Below are positions 50,657 through 63,411 of a stretch of 64,000 nt of DNA, piece after piece; position 1 is the first letter of the stretch; each line of letters opens with the position of its first letter. Source of the DNA: Lingula anatina. Taxonomy: Eukaryota; Animalia; Brachiopoda. Under the pieces are notes generated by a model. That model made no database searches. It worked only from the letters and a program-made list of their open reading frames with translations, and was not told where the DNA came from. A program made the translations under genes and the position numbers. The stretch is taken from positions 2,364,954 through 2,428,953 of the forward strand of contig CM120644.1 of NCBI GenBank assembly GCA_051362555.1. Direction: 5' to 3'.

Positions 50657-52820
50657 AACAAGAGGATCAGAGAGGCGATACCGCCTCCGAATATTGTACC
50701 ACCAGCTGGAGTAAGCGCATTGGTATAGACCTCCCACACACACAAAAAAGGGACACCACCACCAGTCTTGTGCTTGACAAGCTGTAAAAAATGCAATCAA
50801 CAAGAATTCTCAAAATATGCAAAAAATATATATAACTGAAAATGGTACAATCAAAGTTCAGTTCATTGTGAGGTAGGTCAAAGGTCAATTTCAATGTCAC
50901 AGTAAATTTCAAGTATATGACTTCTTATTCAAGTTCAATAGTAACTATGGACCTATCTCTGTCAGTTTTGGAGATAAAAGGGAACCAAAATGTGTTAAGT
51001 TCAATTCATGATGAAAAGTAGGTAAAAGGTCAATTTCAAGGTCACACTTAGATTGCCAGTATATGACTTCCTGTTCAAATTCAATAGTAACTATGGACGT
51101 ATCTTTGCCAGTTTTGGAGATAAAAGGGAACCAAAATTTGCAAAGTTAAGTTCATGGTGAAAAGTAGGTAAAAGGTCAATTTTAAGGTCACTGTAAATTG
51201 CCTCTAATGACTTTCTATTCAAATTCAATAGTAACTATGGGCGTATCTTTGCCAGTTTTGGAGATAAAAGGGAACCAAAATTTGCAAAGTTAAGTTCATG
51301 GTGAAAAGTAGGTCAAAGGTCAATTTTAAGGTCACAGTAAATTGTCCCTAATGACTTTATATTCAAATTCAATAGTAACTATTGGCGTATCCTTACCAGT
51401 TTTGAAAATGGAAGCATTAAAAAAGGTGCAAAGTTTAGTTTATGGTGTAAAGTAGGTCAAAGGTCAATTTCAAGGTCAGAGTAAGATTACCAGTATATGA
51501 CTTCCTATTCAACTTCAATAGTAACTATGGACTTATCTCTGCCAGTTTTGGAGATAAAGGGTACCAAAATTTGCAAAGTTCAATTCATGATGAAAAGTAG
51601 GCCAAATGTCAATTTCAAGGTCACATTAAGATTGCCAGTATATGACTTCCTATTCAACTTCAATAGTAACTATGGACCTATCTCTGCCAGTTTTGGAGAT
51701 AAAAGGGAACTAAAATTTGCAAAGTTCAATTCATGATAAAAAGTAGGTCAAAGGTCAATTTCAATGTCACATTTAGATTGCCAGTATATGACTTCCTATT
51801 CAAATTTAATAGTTACTATGGACCTATCTCTGCCAGTTTTGGAGATATGAGGGACTAAATGTTATAATTTCGGAGTTACAATAATGTGCCATAAATTTCC
51901 TACAGAAAAAAAATTAATTAAAAATAAAGAAAAGGTCATTTTGGTTGAAATTCTTGAAATGGGAGGTGCTCAGTAGTTCCAGATGATCAAATTTCATGAA
52001 ATAATGTCATTTTTGACCAGAAGTTGTCTGCCTCGCCAAGCCTTATGTTTTATTTTCCCGGGGCTCAAAATTTATTATCCATTACCGTACTGCACATTTT
52101 GCTTTCACCACCAATATGTACTTTTTGATACAGAGTCACTCGAAAACCGTATGGAATACAAAAAAACGGACACCACCTTAGTGTTGGGCTTTACATGCTC
52201 TACAAAATGCAAAAAAGAATGGGTCTCTAGCATCAACGGTTCCCGAATTAGAGACAGTTTTCAGTTTCGGTATCTTATGGCCGCTACTCCCGTGAAAATG
52301 CACCGATTGACCCCAAATTCACGGAGATGAAAGATGACCCAAAGGGTAACACTTTGCAATTATATTTTTGGTTAAGTCTGGGTAGTGTCTGAATAACAGC
52401 GCCAATAATTTTTTTTTTCGTAAAAAAATTCGTTTTTTTTTTTTTTGAAAATTTTGGCCCGTTTAACCTTGAAAATAAGGTCAAAGGTCAAATCCAAGGG
52501 CATATTTGAAATCTACACATATGACTTTAGGAAAGCCGTCTGTAGAAATTTTTCCCATAATTCCTTCCGTAGGGAAGATAATTAGCATTTAATTTTGCCA
52601 TTTTTGGACAAGGGTGCGTTGCGCAATGAGTGCCACACTTAGACCCCAATACCGACAAAGCCCAAATTTTACGTGAAAGGAGTTGAGATTATTGGTGACC
52701 TAAATCCAAGAGATGGGTACGGAGGCCCTTACCGTCTAGGAGCTGGCTGAGCCGGCAGAACGATCCGGACGGGACTAAAACCATGTGTACCGCCAGCGCC
52801 AACGCTGGTGGTACAATAAT
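50657..52820 (-). mobile_element. Helentron-associated element (HINE) carrying a satellite array, inserted in block X
   Basis: Perfect 15-bp subTIRs TATTGTACCACCAGC (50692-50706) / GCTGGTGGTACAATA (52804-52818); 5' hairpin GTACCGCCAGCG-CCAA-CGCTGGTGGTAC; 3' hairpin GAGGCGATACCGCCTC then CTTGTT on the minus strand; flanks rejoin block X. Confidence 0.85.
50840..51860. repeat. ~145-bp tandem satellite, ~7 copies, inside the HINE
   Basis: aaagtaggtcaaaggtcaatttcaaggtcac…aatagtaactatgg…gccagttttggagata recurs at ~50870, 51015, 51160, 51305, 51450, 51595, 51740. Confidence 0.92.
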
Positions 52821-55800
52821 ACCATGTTTGCAGACTCTCGATGTACGGGAAGAATTAGTGAGTACGGCTCTCGGCCTATTGATTGTTATGGCAGATTAAT
52901 ACATGTACAGACAAACTGACCCTCTCTGTGAGAAAGTAGAAAGTTTCCATTTGATCCCTTTGCTACCACCAAAGTTTCTGTGTTTCCGTGTTAACACCGC
53001 TGTCTTCTACAAAACTACGCACAGCTAGACGTGGGTTCAAATCTTGGGATCTTCACTGTGATTTTTTTTTTTTTTTTTTTTGAAATAATTTCTTTTGAAA
53101 TAATTTCTAAAATTTTCGTTTGATTACTGTAAGAGGAAACTCGTAGGTGCGGAGGGTGGGTAGGTCAGTCACAACGCAGTTGGTAGAGTGCTTGCAAAAA
53201 AAAATGGTTGCAAAAAAAACCAAGCAATCAGAAAATCATGGTGACAGCAAGGCACGAGTTCAAATCCCAGGTGACGCATGTCAATTAACCACAACAACTA
53301 GCTGGCCCGAAATCGAAATCGAATGCAGGCATACCGGTACGTGTGTCCGAGCAAATTACCTTTTGCAATAAATCCGGTATAGTTTAGAATTAGTGATTGG
53401 TTTTGACAACAAATTATTGCTCGACATTATCATAAAGTCTGTGTGGTCAATTATATTTCTCTTCTCTGCTTTAAAGTCTTTAAAATGATACTTAGGCGGG
53501 AATGGTCATTGATCTCCATCCTTTACCAGCTACGCAACAGAACAAAATTGAATTGAGGCAATACCTTACCCAGCATGGAGTTATGCATGTCATACAGCCC
53601 TTTCATGAAAAGAAAGAAGGTATCTGCTAGTTGGGACTATCAGCAAGAAAGTTTTTTTCAAAAGTCACATTGCCGCTATTGCTATACTTGTAATCATACA
53701 TTTTGTTTTTACCCCCCCCCCCCCCCCCCCACTCCTTCTTTGGCCTTGTTTATCAAGACTGTACATACCGTACATTCATACCCGGGGCAATTCTACAGTG
53801 GACGTTTGAAATGGCTAAGACTACTCACAGCTAAAAACCGCCAATTTGTGAACCGCTTTGGCTCTCAACGTGCTCTATAGCGTCACAGGTGAAATCAAAC
53901 GTAAACTCAGTGTAAAGCAAAATGAAAATAACAGCATCTGAAATCATCTTACAAATCATCATCTTAAAAATGTTTGGCTATCACGTAAGATTGTCACCTA
54001 AATGGCTGACTTTTGGGTGCCTTGAGGCCAGTGAAAGGGAGTCTCCCCCCGGACGAATTACCTGTAAGAACCCGGTAAAGTGGTTTGATAAGCAATGGCG
54101 GCTTTAGTGGGTGTCTGGGGGGTCCTGACCCCCTTCGATTTCTGAAAAAAAATCAAACCAATGGTCCCCTTTGATTCAAATGGTTTGAATCAAAGATTTA
54201 AACCGTACCAAGTGGCACCGTTCGCCCTGTAAAATGCCATTTTTTTCGTCCCCGGACCCCAGACTAAGAGAGGGGGGTCGAGTTTGCATTCGCGGACCCC
54301 CCCCCCCCTCATTCAAAAATTCCTGCATCCGCCATTAGGATAGAACAAATTCGTATGCGAGACCAATTAATTAATATTTTGCAGAGGCTTAGAGGCTTAG
54401 CTTGGTTCTCATATTGAGGGACGACGTCATGCACACAAACACGCACAAACACACGCGCATCTTATTCACCATCTTGACCAAGAAGTAGATTTTTTAGTCC
54501 AACTGGTCGTGACGTCATTCCCGTTTCTCCCCACTGGGTCTTTGTTAAGCGATAAGGGCATTAATTGATCTCTAAAGGGACGTTTTATACACAGGCGTTG
54601 TCTAAAATTTTTTGATTACTTTTTAACGTCCACTTAATTTACACTTTTTTTCTGTGATGTCGCTATACCTAACCAACAACCAGAAATTAAGTGCGAACAT
54701 TTTCGCTCGTCAAGTAAAGAGAGGGTGACTAAGAAACCAATGTTGATTGGGTAATTTTAAAATTATGAATTTGATTGATTTATTAATAATAAGATAGGAG
54801 GAGAGATTAATCCAGGAAACAGGATATGTGTATTTTTGTGCACCACATTGCTGTGCCTCTATATGCACCCAAAGCAGTAAGGGCACTATAAGAGTTTACT
54901 TAAAACTTTTTCACATTCTTTTTTCTGAGCAGCGTTGCAACTGCTGGATTCACCGATCACCGATAAATTAATGAATTTATTAATAATTAATTAAATAATT
55001 AACGAATTAAGGAGGTTGGTGAGGATTTTGAAATGATGGGTATAAAAATTCTTTTATTGAGAAGAATGTCTCGAGTTCATTTGCTTTAAAAACAAAGGTT
55101 CTGGACATATCTGTGCCCAAACTTGAAACAGGAAGTCTAAAAGGGCAGCTGGACGGTGACCTGGCTTGCGGGTGACCAACTCTCAAGCGCCATGTTAAAG
55201 GCACCGAAACTACTCTTAGTTTCACGTAAGTTGTAAACGTCTGATGATTCTAATTAGTTTGATATTACATGTGAGTTACACGTATAAGGGAAGTTTTAAA
55301 AACTTTTGTCTGCTCCCATCATACCACGATGTCTTTTCCATTTCACTGTTTATTTAATAAATTTTACTTATTTGTTCGTTCAGGCTCAAGATTTTTCAGA
55401 AAAAGACCCCCCCCCCCTTTTGTAATTTCTGGCAACGGGCCTGTCGTATGTTTATTTTGTTAACTGTAGAGACAAAGGACAAGAACGCAAGAATTCAAGC
55501 AATTTAAGACATTTAATGAAGCAAGGGTGACATATCACATCTGATCAAAAAAAAAAAAAAAAAACATTCTCGCATCATTCATGCCTTCGAGTAGCATTCA
55601 GGCAACAATTATGATAAAGATCTGCTAACAATCATGAGGTAGTTGTGCGGCAATTAATCTACAGTCAAAGTACCGCCACTTGTCCAGTGCAGTCATTGCA
55701 TTAACGGCATTTTCATAATCAGCAAATTTTCTTCTTCTTTGTATAAAATCTGTCATTTCCGTAGACTGAAAACTCTTAAAATATCTATTGCAATTGCTAA

Positions 55801-56836
55801 GGATTTCTTTGCCTTTGTGAAAATAGTCATGATAAAAGTTGAGAAAAATTAAAGTCAAAGTATCACCACTTGTGCATTGCAGTCATTGCATTAAAGGCAT
55901 CTTCGTAATTTTCTTCTTCTTTAAATAAAATCTGTCATTTCCGTAGACTGAAAATTCTTAAAATATATTTTGCTATGGCTAAGTATTTATTTGCCTTTGT
56001 GAAAATAGTCATGATAAAAGTTGAGAAAAATCAAATACTACACACTCTATACCATGTGGCAAGCTATCAAACGTTCAATACCTTTAGCAAGATCCCTTTA
56101 ACCATCCATCTATCTGTATCATAATGCACTGTTTTAGAGAATTTAAAACTGAAGGCTTACAACACATATATCACAACAGCTAAACATAAAAGAGTTGCGC
56201 GAAGCAAACTCGTTCTTCAAATCGTCAAATCATTTCAAGGCATTTGCGCTTTTTTGAAAGATGTTAAAACTTAAGCATTGAGTTTTTGTGTACCGTTATA
56301 TTAATTTCAAGTCTATGAGAACCAAAGGCAAATAACTACGAAAAATCTTGCCAAGAAAGTCCAAATAAAAGCGGTCGATTTTGCACTTTATTTCAAACGG
56401 AGATTTAAATGAGGGTCCCACTGGGTATTTTTGTAACCCTTGAAAGCAACTTTTTATTTCCCCAGATGCATGAAACGTTCATATTATTTGGAGCGGCATC
56501 TGAATGCTGATTTTTATTTCTCGTTCGTCGTTAAACGAAGTCATTATATTCAGCGATACGTGGTTTTCAACTTGCCGGGCTTGCATTTTCAATGAGATAT
56601 GAATAAAGTCTTATTTACTGTGATTTGTGATTTGCTGGTTTTATTTCCCGTGGTCTGAACGCCCCCCCCCCCTCTCCCATGGGACCCTCTCAGAAAGTCC
56701 GAAAGCAAAATTAATGTTCGAAAATGAGAACAATTTGAGTCTCAGTTGGCTGTGGTATTGCATCTCCATGTAAACATGCCAGCTGTATTACATTCGATGC
56801 TATAGCGCAAGTATTTCGCATGCCTTATAATTCAGA

Positions 56837-57477
56837 TTACATGAGAAAGGCAATGAAAGGGTGGTAGAGCATACGCCCGGTGAACTGGATATCCAGTTGG
56901 TATCTGCCGAGAGTGGGCACGAGGTTGGTGATGTCGTAATGCAGACAGGTCGGGCCACACTGGCGATAGATGGCGTCCATGCCGGTGTCTTCGTTGGTGA
57001 CTTTCAGAACTGGGCACATTTCTGCGCTGCCGGTTGGAACGAACAAATACACACGTCTTAGGCGTCTGGTGCTTGGCTGCGGTCCGAGACGAATGACGTC
57101 AAATGTATACCGTCCGTTTCTGGCGGGCTCTGAATGCAAACGGAATGACTTAATTGATCAATTATAATAAATAATTATGCACATTCGATAAATTTCACAC
57201 CTCTTAGAACTGGCATAATTAACACTTTGCAAAAAAAAAAAGTGAAAATATATCATGAGTATACTAGTAGACTTTCGGGCAGAAACAAAATAGTGTAATC
57301 ACATGTACAATTGCGTGGGCTCGGTTGTTAAGTACTCATGATTTTCATTCAGTATTTACTATTTACTTCAATGAAAAGAAAGAAAAAGGGGGAACAGAGG
57401 GTAAAGCCACTGTACACTTACTTTTCGCATTACTGTAAATTACTGAGAGGGGGAGAGATGGGGGCAAAGAAAATACG

Positions 57478-57522
<45 letters not shown>

Positions 57523-60500
57523 GGAAAAAATACGGAAAGAGGTAGAGAGATAGGGGGAAAGAGAGATGGGACCACAGAAAATACGTACAGACAGGTAGAG
57601 GAAGCGAAAGAAAATATGAGAGAGAGAGAGAGAGAGAGAGTACCTTCGTTGGACTCAGTGGCACAGATCAGTGTGGACCGAAAGAGCCACTGCAGCTCAG
57701 AATTCCAGCATGTCAGGAGGCCTGGGGCATTCAGACATGAGGACCGAGTGTTCACTCGTCTTGAACCTAGGGTCAAGAAAAGTATAAACGTTAATTGCAA
57801 AAAAATCATTGAGGCCATTTTCCCATCAAAACACCACTGGTCTGCGTGGATCGACCAAACTCTGCGGGGGCTCTCGCTGACTGCAATCAGTTTAACTGAA
57901 TGACAAGCCTCCCATGGCGTAAAGTAGAATACAGAAAAGCTGCCAATTATACGAGTATGTTGGAAACAAGATGAGGCGTGTCACTCGCTTAAGCTGATTG
58001 CACTTAACGAAAACCACTTTTTTTCCACTCTCTCCTTTGCTACAATATAAATGCGTGTTAATGGAGTTTAAACTTTTTTGCCATTAGTGTTGGTTGCATG
58101 CAGCTACAGGAAGTACTGCCACTGTCTGCAATAGAATATTCCAATGAAAACTATTAAAACTAAGACCTCATTCAGCTGACAATAAGGGAAGAGGTGTTCT
58201 GGTCAAGACCAGGAAAAATTATTTTCTGTACGATTTTGTTTGATGGTGCTGTTGATGCAGGTGTGACTGAACAAGAGATGGTGTAGAGTCTTGGATATTG
58301 TTTACCCTAGAAAACTTTCTCATAGCAGACAAGTTCTGGAACATTATTTTCTTCAAGTATTATACAGGATGGGCTTTGACCCAAAAGACTTCCATTGAGA
58401 CTTCCTGCCTTTAAAGAGCACATAGGTGGCATGTTTATAGTGAATAAAAGTAAAGATATGTGTACTGATTTGTTTTAAGGCTAGGAGACCATACAAAGAT
58501 TAGAATACATACAATAATGTTAATTGAAATTGCCTTGTTCAGCCTGTCCACTTCTCAGGTGGAGAGAGGATACAGTGCTCTCAAAAGAATCGAATCTGAC
58601 TGGAGGTCAAGTTTGGGGAATATTATGCTTAAGTTAACAAAATTTTGACAGCAGTTTTATAGGGGCCAAGTTTTGATGATCATTTAGTCAAGGAATCTAT
58701 CAACCACTGAGTGGCAGGGTGGCACTCTGGGAAAACAGCCCAATTTTGAACTTGAAAATTGATTTTGTTTTCTGATTGTCATATCCAGGTAAATGACCTG
58801 GCCATTGAAGATTCTAAGGAAATAAAAAAAATTGAAACATACTCGTATACTGAAGTTTTTTTTTTTTTCATTTTAATGCACTTTGATATGTATTCAATTA
58901 CAAATTATATTCAAGAATTTTCAGTTGGGGATGATTTTAATTGTATGTCAGTTTTGGCTAAAGTAATATTCATAACTTGCTGGGGCAGGTGCTTCTCCTG
59001 CCCTCAGAACAGACATATCAAGTTGGCCAACGAGTTTATTGGAGCCTTGTTAACTGCTTTAATTTAAAAGGCAAAAAGTTAAAAAAAAAAACTTTCAAAA
59101 ATTTCAGTGCATATTCATGACGCTGAATGAACATTTCCCAGGGACAGTGCTTTAAGGACATGAGTTTTAAATGTTTACTTAGTTTTGTTTATCACACAGA
59201 TTTCAAAATTTTGCACTTTTAAAAAGAGAAATGTAAATTTTAAATAGATTAGGGATATTTTTTCAAATCACAATTGTAAGGGTCTTATTTTAAATAGTTT
59301 AATATGTAAGACTTAAAGAGACAAAAATAGTACTAGTACATAGAAATAAATCTTGAGCAGTAAAATAAGAGAACAAGGCAGAAGTGCAGATCTTGATATA
59401 ATGAATAAACCGGTGTTGAATGATTTTTTTTATCAAAACCCTTTCAGGCTTTTAAAAGTACAACCTGGCCATAGGCCAGTACTTCATTGTAAATATTTAT
59501 CAAATTAAAAAAATCTTGCTTTATTTATAACTACAGGTAGATCTAGCAATATCTTTCTATATTTGTCAAAATTCACACTGGATTTCTTGTGGAGTGGATC
59601 ATAACTATACAATTTTTGATGTTTTAAGAATGAAGCATATAACTCTTGGAATATTTCTGATGTTAGATGCACAGCACTTGTTCGTATTATAATTTTATTG
59701 TAACTTGTTTGCTCTGATATTCAGAATATTTAAGAAAACTTGTAGTCTTGCCAAGTCGGGTCAGTGCTTCAGGTTGGTCACGTGACGCTATAAATTATTG
59801 TTATAGTGAGGAATAACGACAGCAGTTTGGAGCTTCCGAACGTTTATTCACCGACTCTCTCTTCATACAACTTCACAAATATTTATACTCAATTTCTCCG
59901 TACTGATCACGCACTTACTTGTTTTCTTTTCCATTGTCTTTGCGTGATTACAAAATATTTTCCTTTCTCATGTTGCAAGTCACTATGCAACATTTCCTTA
60001 TTAGGTAATCCCTAAGAGACTTGTTTTCAATTAAAGATATCTAAAATATTATTTGGATTACTCATACTTGGATCTTATCCAAAACTCAGTTATCATGTGA
60101 TAAATAGATGATCAAAATTAAAATATGTTATGAAATTAACCAATCACATTAACTGTTATTGACTTTGACCTTTTCCATCTTTTTCTGACACTAAAAACAT
60201 GTTCTACACTTGTTGACTCTTGGAGAAACTTAACTTACACTCAATAACTCTTTGTCTTTTTACTCTTTTGATTCCGCTTTAATTGCTATCTGTAATTAGT
60301 GAAAGTGTAAGTAATTTGCTTTACAACATTATGATGAAAATGGGGTTCCATTTTTGTCGTCGTTTTGGAGATGCAATAATTTCCCCACACGAAATGGGTA
60401 AAAATGTGGGAGACATACCTTATGATATATCATTTGAAAGTTTATGATCTTATCTTTCTGCAGGATGTAATTGTTTGAAAACATTTTGAGTTTCCTGCGA

Positions 60501-63293
60501 TACATAATCACAGTAACCTACTGCACTTGAAAAAATCGATTTTGCCCATGTGTTTCATATCAACACAGAGCACACTTGTTAATCTTTTAGAATATATATA
60601 AAACGCTGGTGATTTCAACATTGTAGCAATTTTGTTTAAATTGAAACACCCTAGTGTCACACGCTTTAAAAATGCGAGTGCTTGGCGTCGAGTTCACCTC
60701 GCGCTAAAAAAAATGGACAAAGCTGAATTTTCAATATATATATACTGCCAGAGACCCAGTTTTACCAGCTTTCATGATTTAGTTTTTAAAACTTTGTACA
60801 AATTAAACTTCTTATAGAAATCTTTGAATAGAAAATTTCGGACACCTGAAACGGGGCACCATTTGCAATCACCCGCGTGGATAAATCTTCCATTTTACCG
60901 TTCTGAATCTATTTTTTATGACAACTAACCTTAAAATTCCGAATCCTTAGATATTCCCGCTTCCTTTTATATATCAATCGTTTAATCACATCAACTGCTG
61001 ACAAAAATAGGGCCTACACATGAAAATACGAAGAGCTCAAAAGTCGTCCATTTTCACTCGATTTTGCTAAAGTAGTGCGAAAATGGCCGTCGCTTCAGAC
61101 AGTGTGCACGCGCAGCTCGGAATCTGCGGACAGACTGTTATGAAGAGAAACACACACACACACAGACACACCGACACGCACACACACACACACACGGACA
61201 CACACACAAACGGCCACAAAGACACACACACACACATATAGCCTACATACACACACGGACACACACTCACACACACACACACACACACGGACACACACAC
61301 ACACACACAACCACACATGGACACAACACTCGAGCCAGTGGAACTGCACAGTTCTCTAAGGGGCATTTATTCGTTGGACTTCCCTTCAAAACTTGATCGT
61401 AATAAGGGTTGAACCTTGGGTTGTTCTTCCATTTCGCCTTTTGTGGTTTTTGGAGGCAAAACAAAAGTAAAGAAATCTAAAACTTATTGTAATTCACTTG
61501 CATGGATTTAATGTTGTGTGTTTGCTTATACTGATTTTAAGCCTCGGTCACTACCGGCCGTTTGGGCTCTTGCGTCCTGTTTGCTTCCAAATTTTGCGCA
61601 GAATCTCACGTCCCACTCAAGTCCTTCTTACGAAATTTCGAGTTCGCAGAAAGCCCGCCCTTAAGTACCCACGGAGGATATCGGACATGTCCAAAAAACT
61701 GTCAATTATCTGCCAGGCCGCAAGTGTAACTTGCTCCATTAACACGGAGTTTGCAAGGAGGTTCGTAAGTGAGAGCAATAGGTCCAAGAGGCACGTCACA
61801 AGCAGTGAAGGAACAAGTGCCATTTGCGTGTTGAATAAGGTGCAAGCGTCACAACTTAAGAAAAAAAACGAACACACGGAGTGCTCAAGGCACACGTTCG
61901 TGTTTTGCCAATGAACGTCGAGTATGCAACTTGCACTACAACTTTCAGAAAATTTGAATTTTGCTAAAATCAGCTTCCAATATGCCTACAAAGGGCAAGG
62001 GAAAATAGCTTAGAGAGCTGAAAAGAAGGGAGGAGGAAGTTGGAAGGGGAGAACAAATGGCAAAACTGACGTGCGCCGCCACTACGTCATCACAAGCGTC
62101 TCACGCAAGTATGTGACCGTGGCTTAAATGGGTGCCACAGTCGTAGAGATTGATTTTCAAGGAAGCCACACGGAGGATGTAAGGCAACTGTAATGAGACT
62201 GTTGGGGTTTTTAACGCGCTAACTTTTCAACCGGCAAACCGATATTTTCCCACATAACCTCAATGTCATAGGGGAAAAAATGTCCCTGCACGCAATATAT
62301 AGTAACCTCGCCACAGCCTGTAACCTTGAAAATACTATTAACCTTTCTTGTAGCATTATCGAGGGCGTTTGAGAAAACGATCCTGTAAGTCAAAATTAAA
62401 GGTATCGCGCTAGCTTGCGCCATTGCTTCTTGTCAGTTTAAGCGTTTTGTACGTGTACTTTAAGGCAGGTCATTTAAATAACAAATGCAGCATTTTCGAT
62501 TACCAGCAATTGGGAATAACGACAATGAGAATACAACACCAAGTAACTGTAAACTGTTTGAGAAAACAGTTAACTGTTAACTGTAACATATCGCCACTGT
62601 GAAACAGGTTCAAACCCAAAAACATACGATCCTAAAATTCGTGCGCCCAGTTGTAACCATGGCTAAAATCCGCGGCAACAACGGCTCCATTTTCGAGGAA
62701 GCCACACGGAGGATGTAAGGCAACTGTAATGAGACTGTTGGGGTATTTCAACGCGCTAACATTTCAACCGGCAAACCGATATTTTCCCACATAACCTCAA
62801 TGTCATATGGGGAGAAATGTCCCTGCACGCAATATATAGTAAGCTCGCCACAGCCTGTAACCTTGAAAATACTATTTACGATTTCACCGTACGTCATTCG
62901 TGATAAAAGTTATCTTGGCTCTTGCGCGTGCTCAGGGAAGACGGAACTGGTAAAACTACCCCCTCATGTCTACCTGTCCTTGTAGTGTTATCGCGGGAGT
63001 TTGAGAAAACGTTCCTGTAAGTCAAAACTAAAGGTATCGCGCTAGCTTGCGCCATTGCATCTTGTCAATTTAAACGTTTTGTTCATGTACTTTAAGGCAG
63101 ATCATTTAAATAACAAATCTACAAACACAGTAAGAGCACAAATACAAAAAGACAGCATTTTCGGTTACCAGCAATTGAGAATAACGACAATATGAGTACA
63201 ATACCAAGTACCTGCTAACTGTAACATATCGCCACGGTGAAACAGGTTCAAACCCAGAACGAAGACAACAAACAGCTTGACGAAGTTGTTCAT
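56837..63293 (-). CDS. Uncharacterised 165-aa probably secreted protein, 3 exons, intact
   Basis: Exons 63212-63293 ([27 protein letters not shown], signal-peptide-like), 57644-57766 ([41 protein letters not shown]), 56837-57129 ([16 protein letters not shown]…VYLFVP…CPVLKV…[41 protein letters not shown]). Both introns are GT-AG and phase 1; 498 nt; TATA box upstream. Confidence 0.75.
59799..60328. mobile_element. Solo LTR (530 bp, 4-bp TSD, Gypsy-like)
   Basis: TTAT|TGTTATA … TACAACA|TTAT; the paralog has the empty site with a single TTAT at 35384-35387. Confidence 0.85.
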
Positions 63294-63403
63294 TTTCGTA
63301 AACTTGTTTCTTCTCCTTATTGTCGACTGATGTTCTCCGTGAGTGGAATTTGGCGTCTCAAACTTGAACGTTTGCAATAACTTTAAAACTGCGTTGCCGT
63401 CGG

Positions 63404-63411
63404 TTTATATA
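63404..63411 (-). promoter_or_regulatory. TATA box of the orphan gene, copy 2
   Basis: TATATAAA on the minus strand ~110 nt upstream of the ATG at 63293. Confidence 0.5.

Noticed and set aside
50840-51860. Regularly spaced repeats resembling a CRISPR array
   Set aside because: The whole 145-bp monomer repeats with no unique spacers, no cas genes are present, and the context is eukaryotic HINE.
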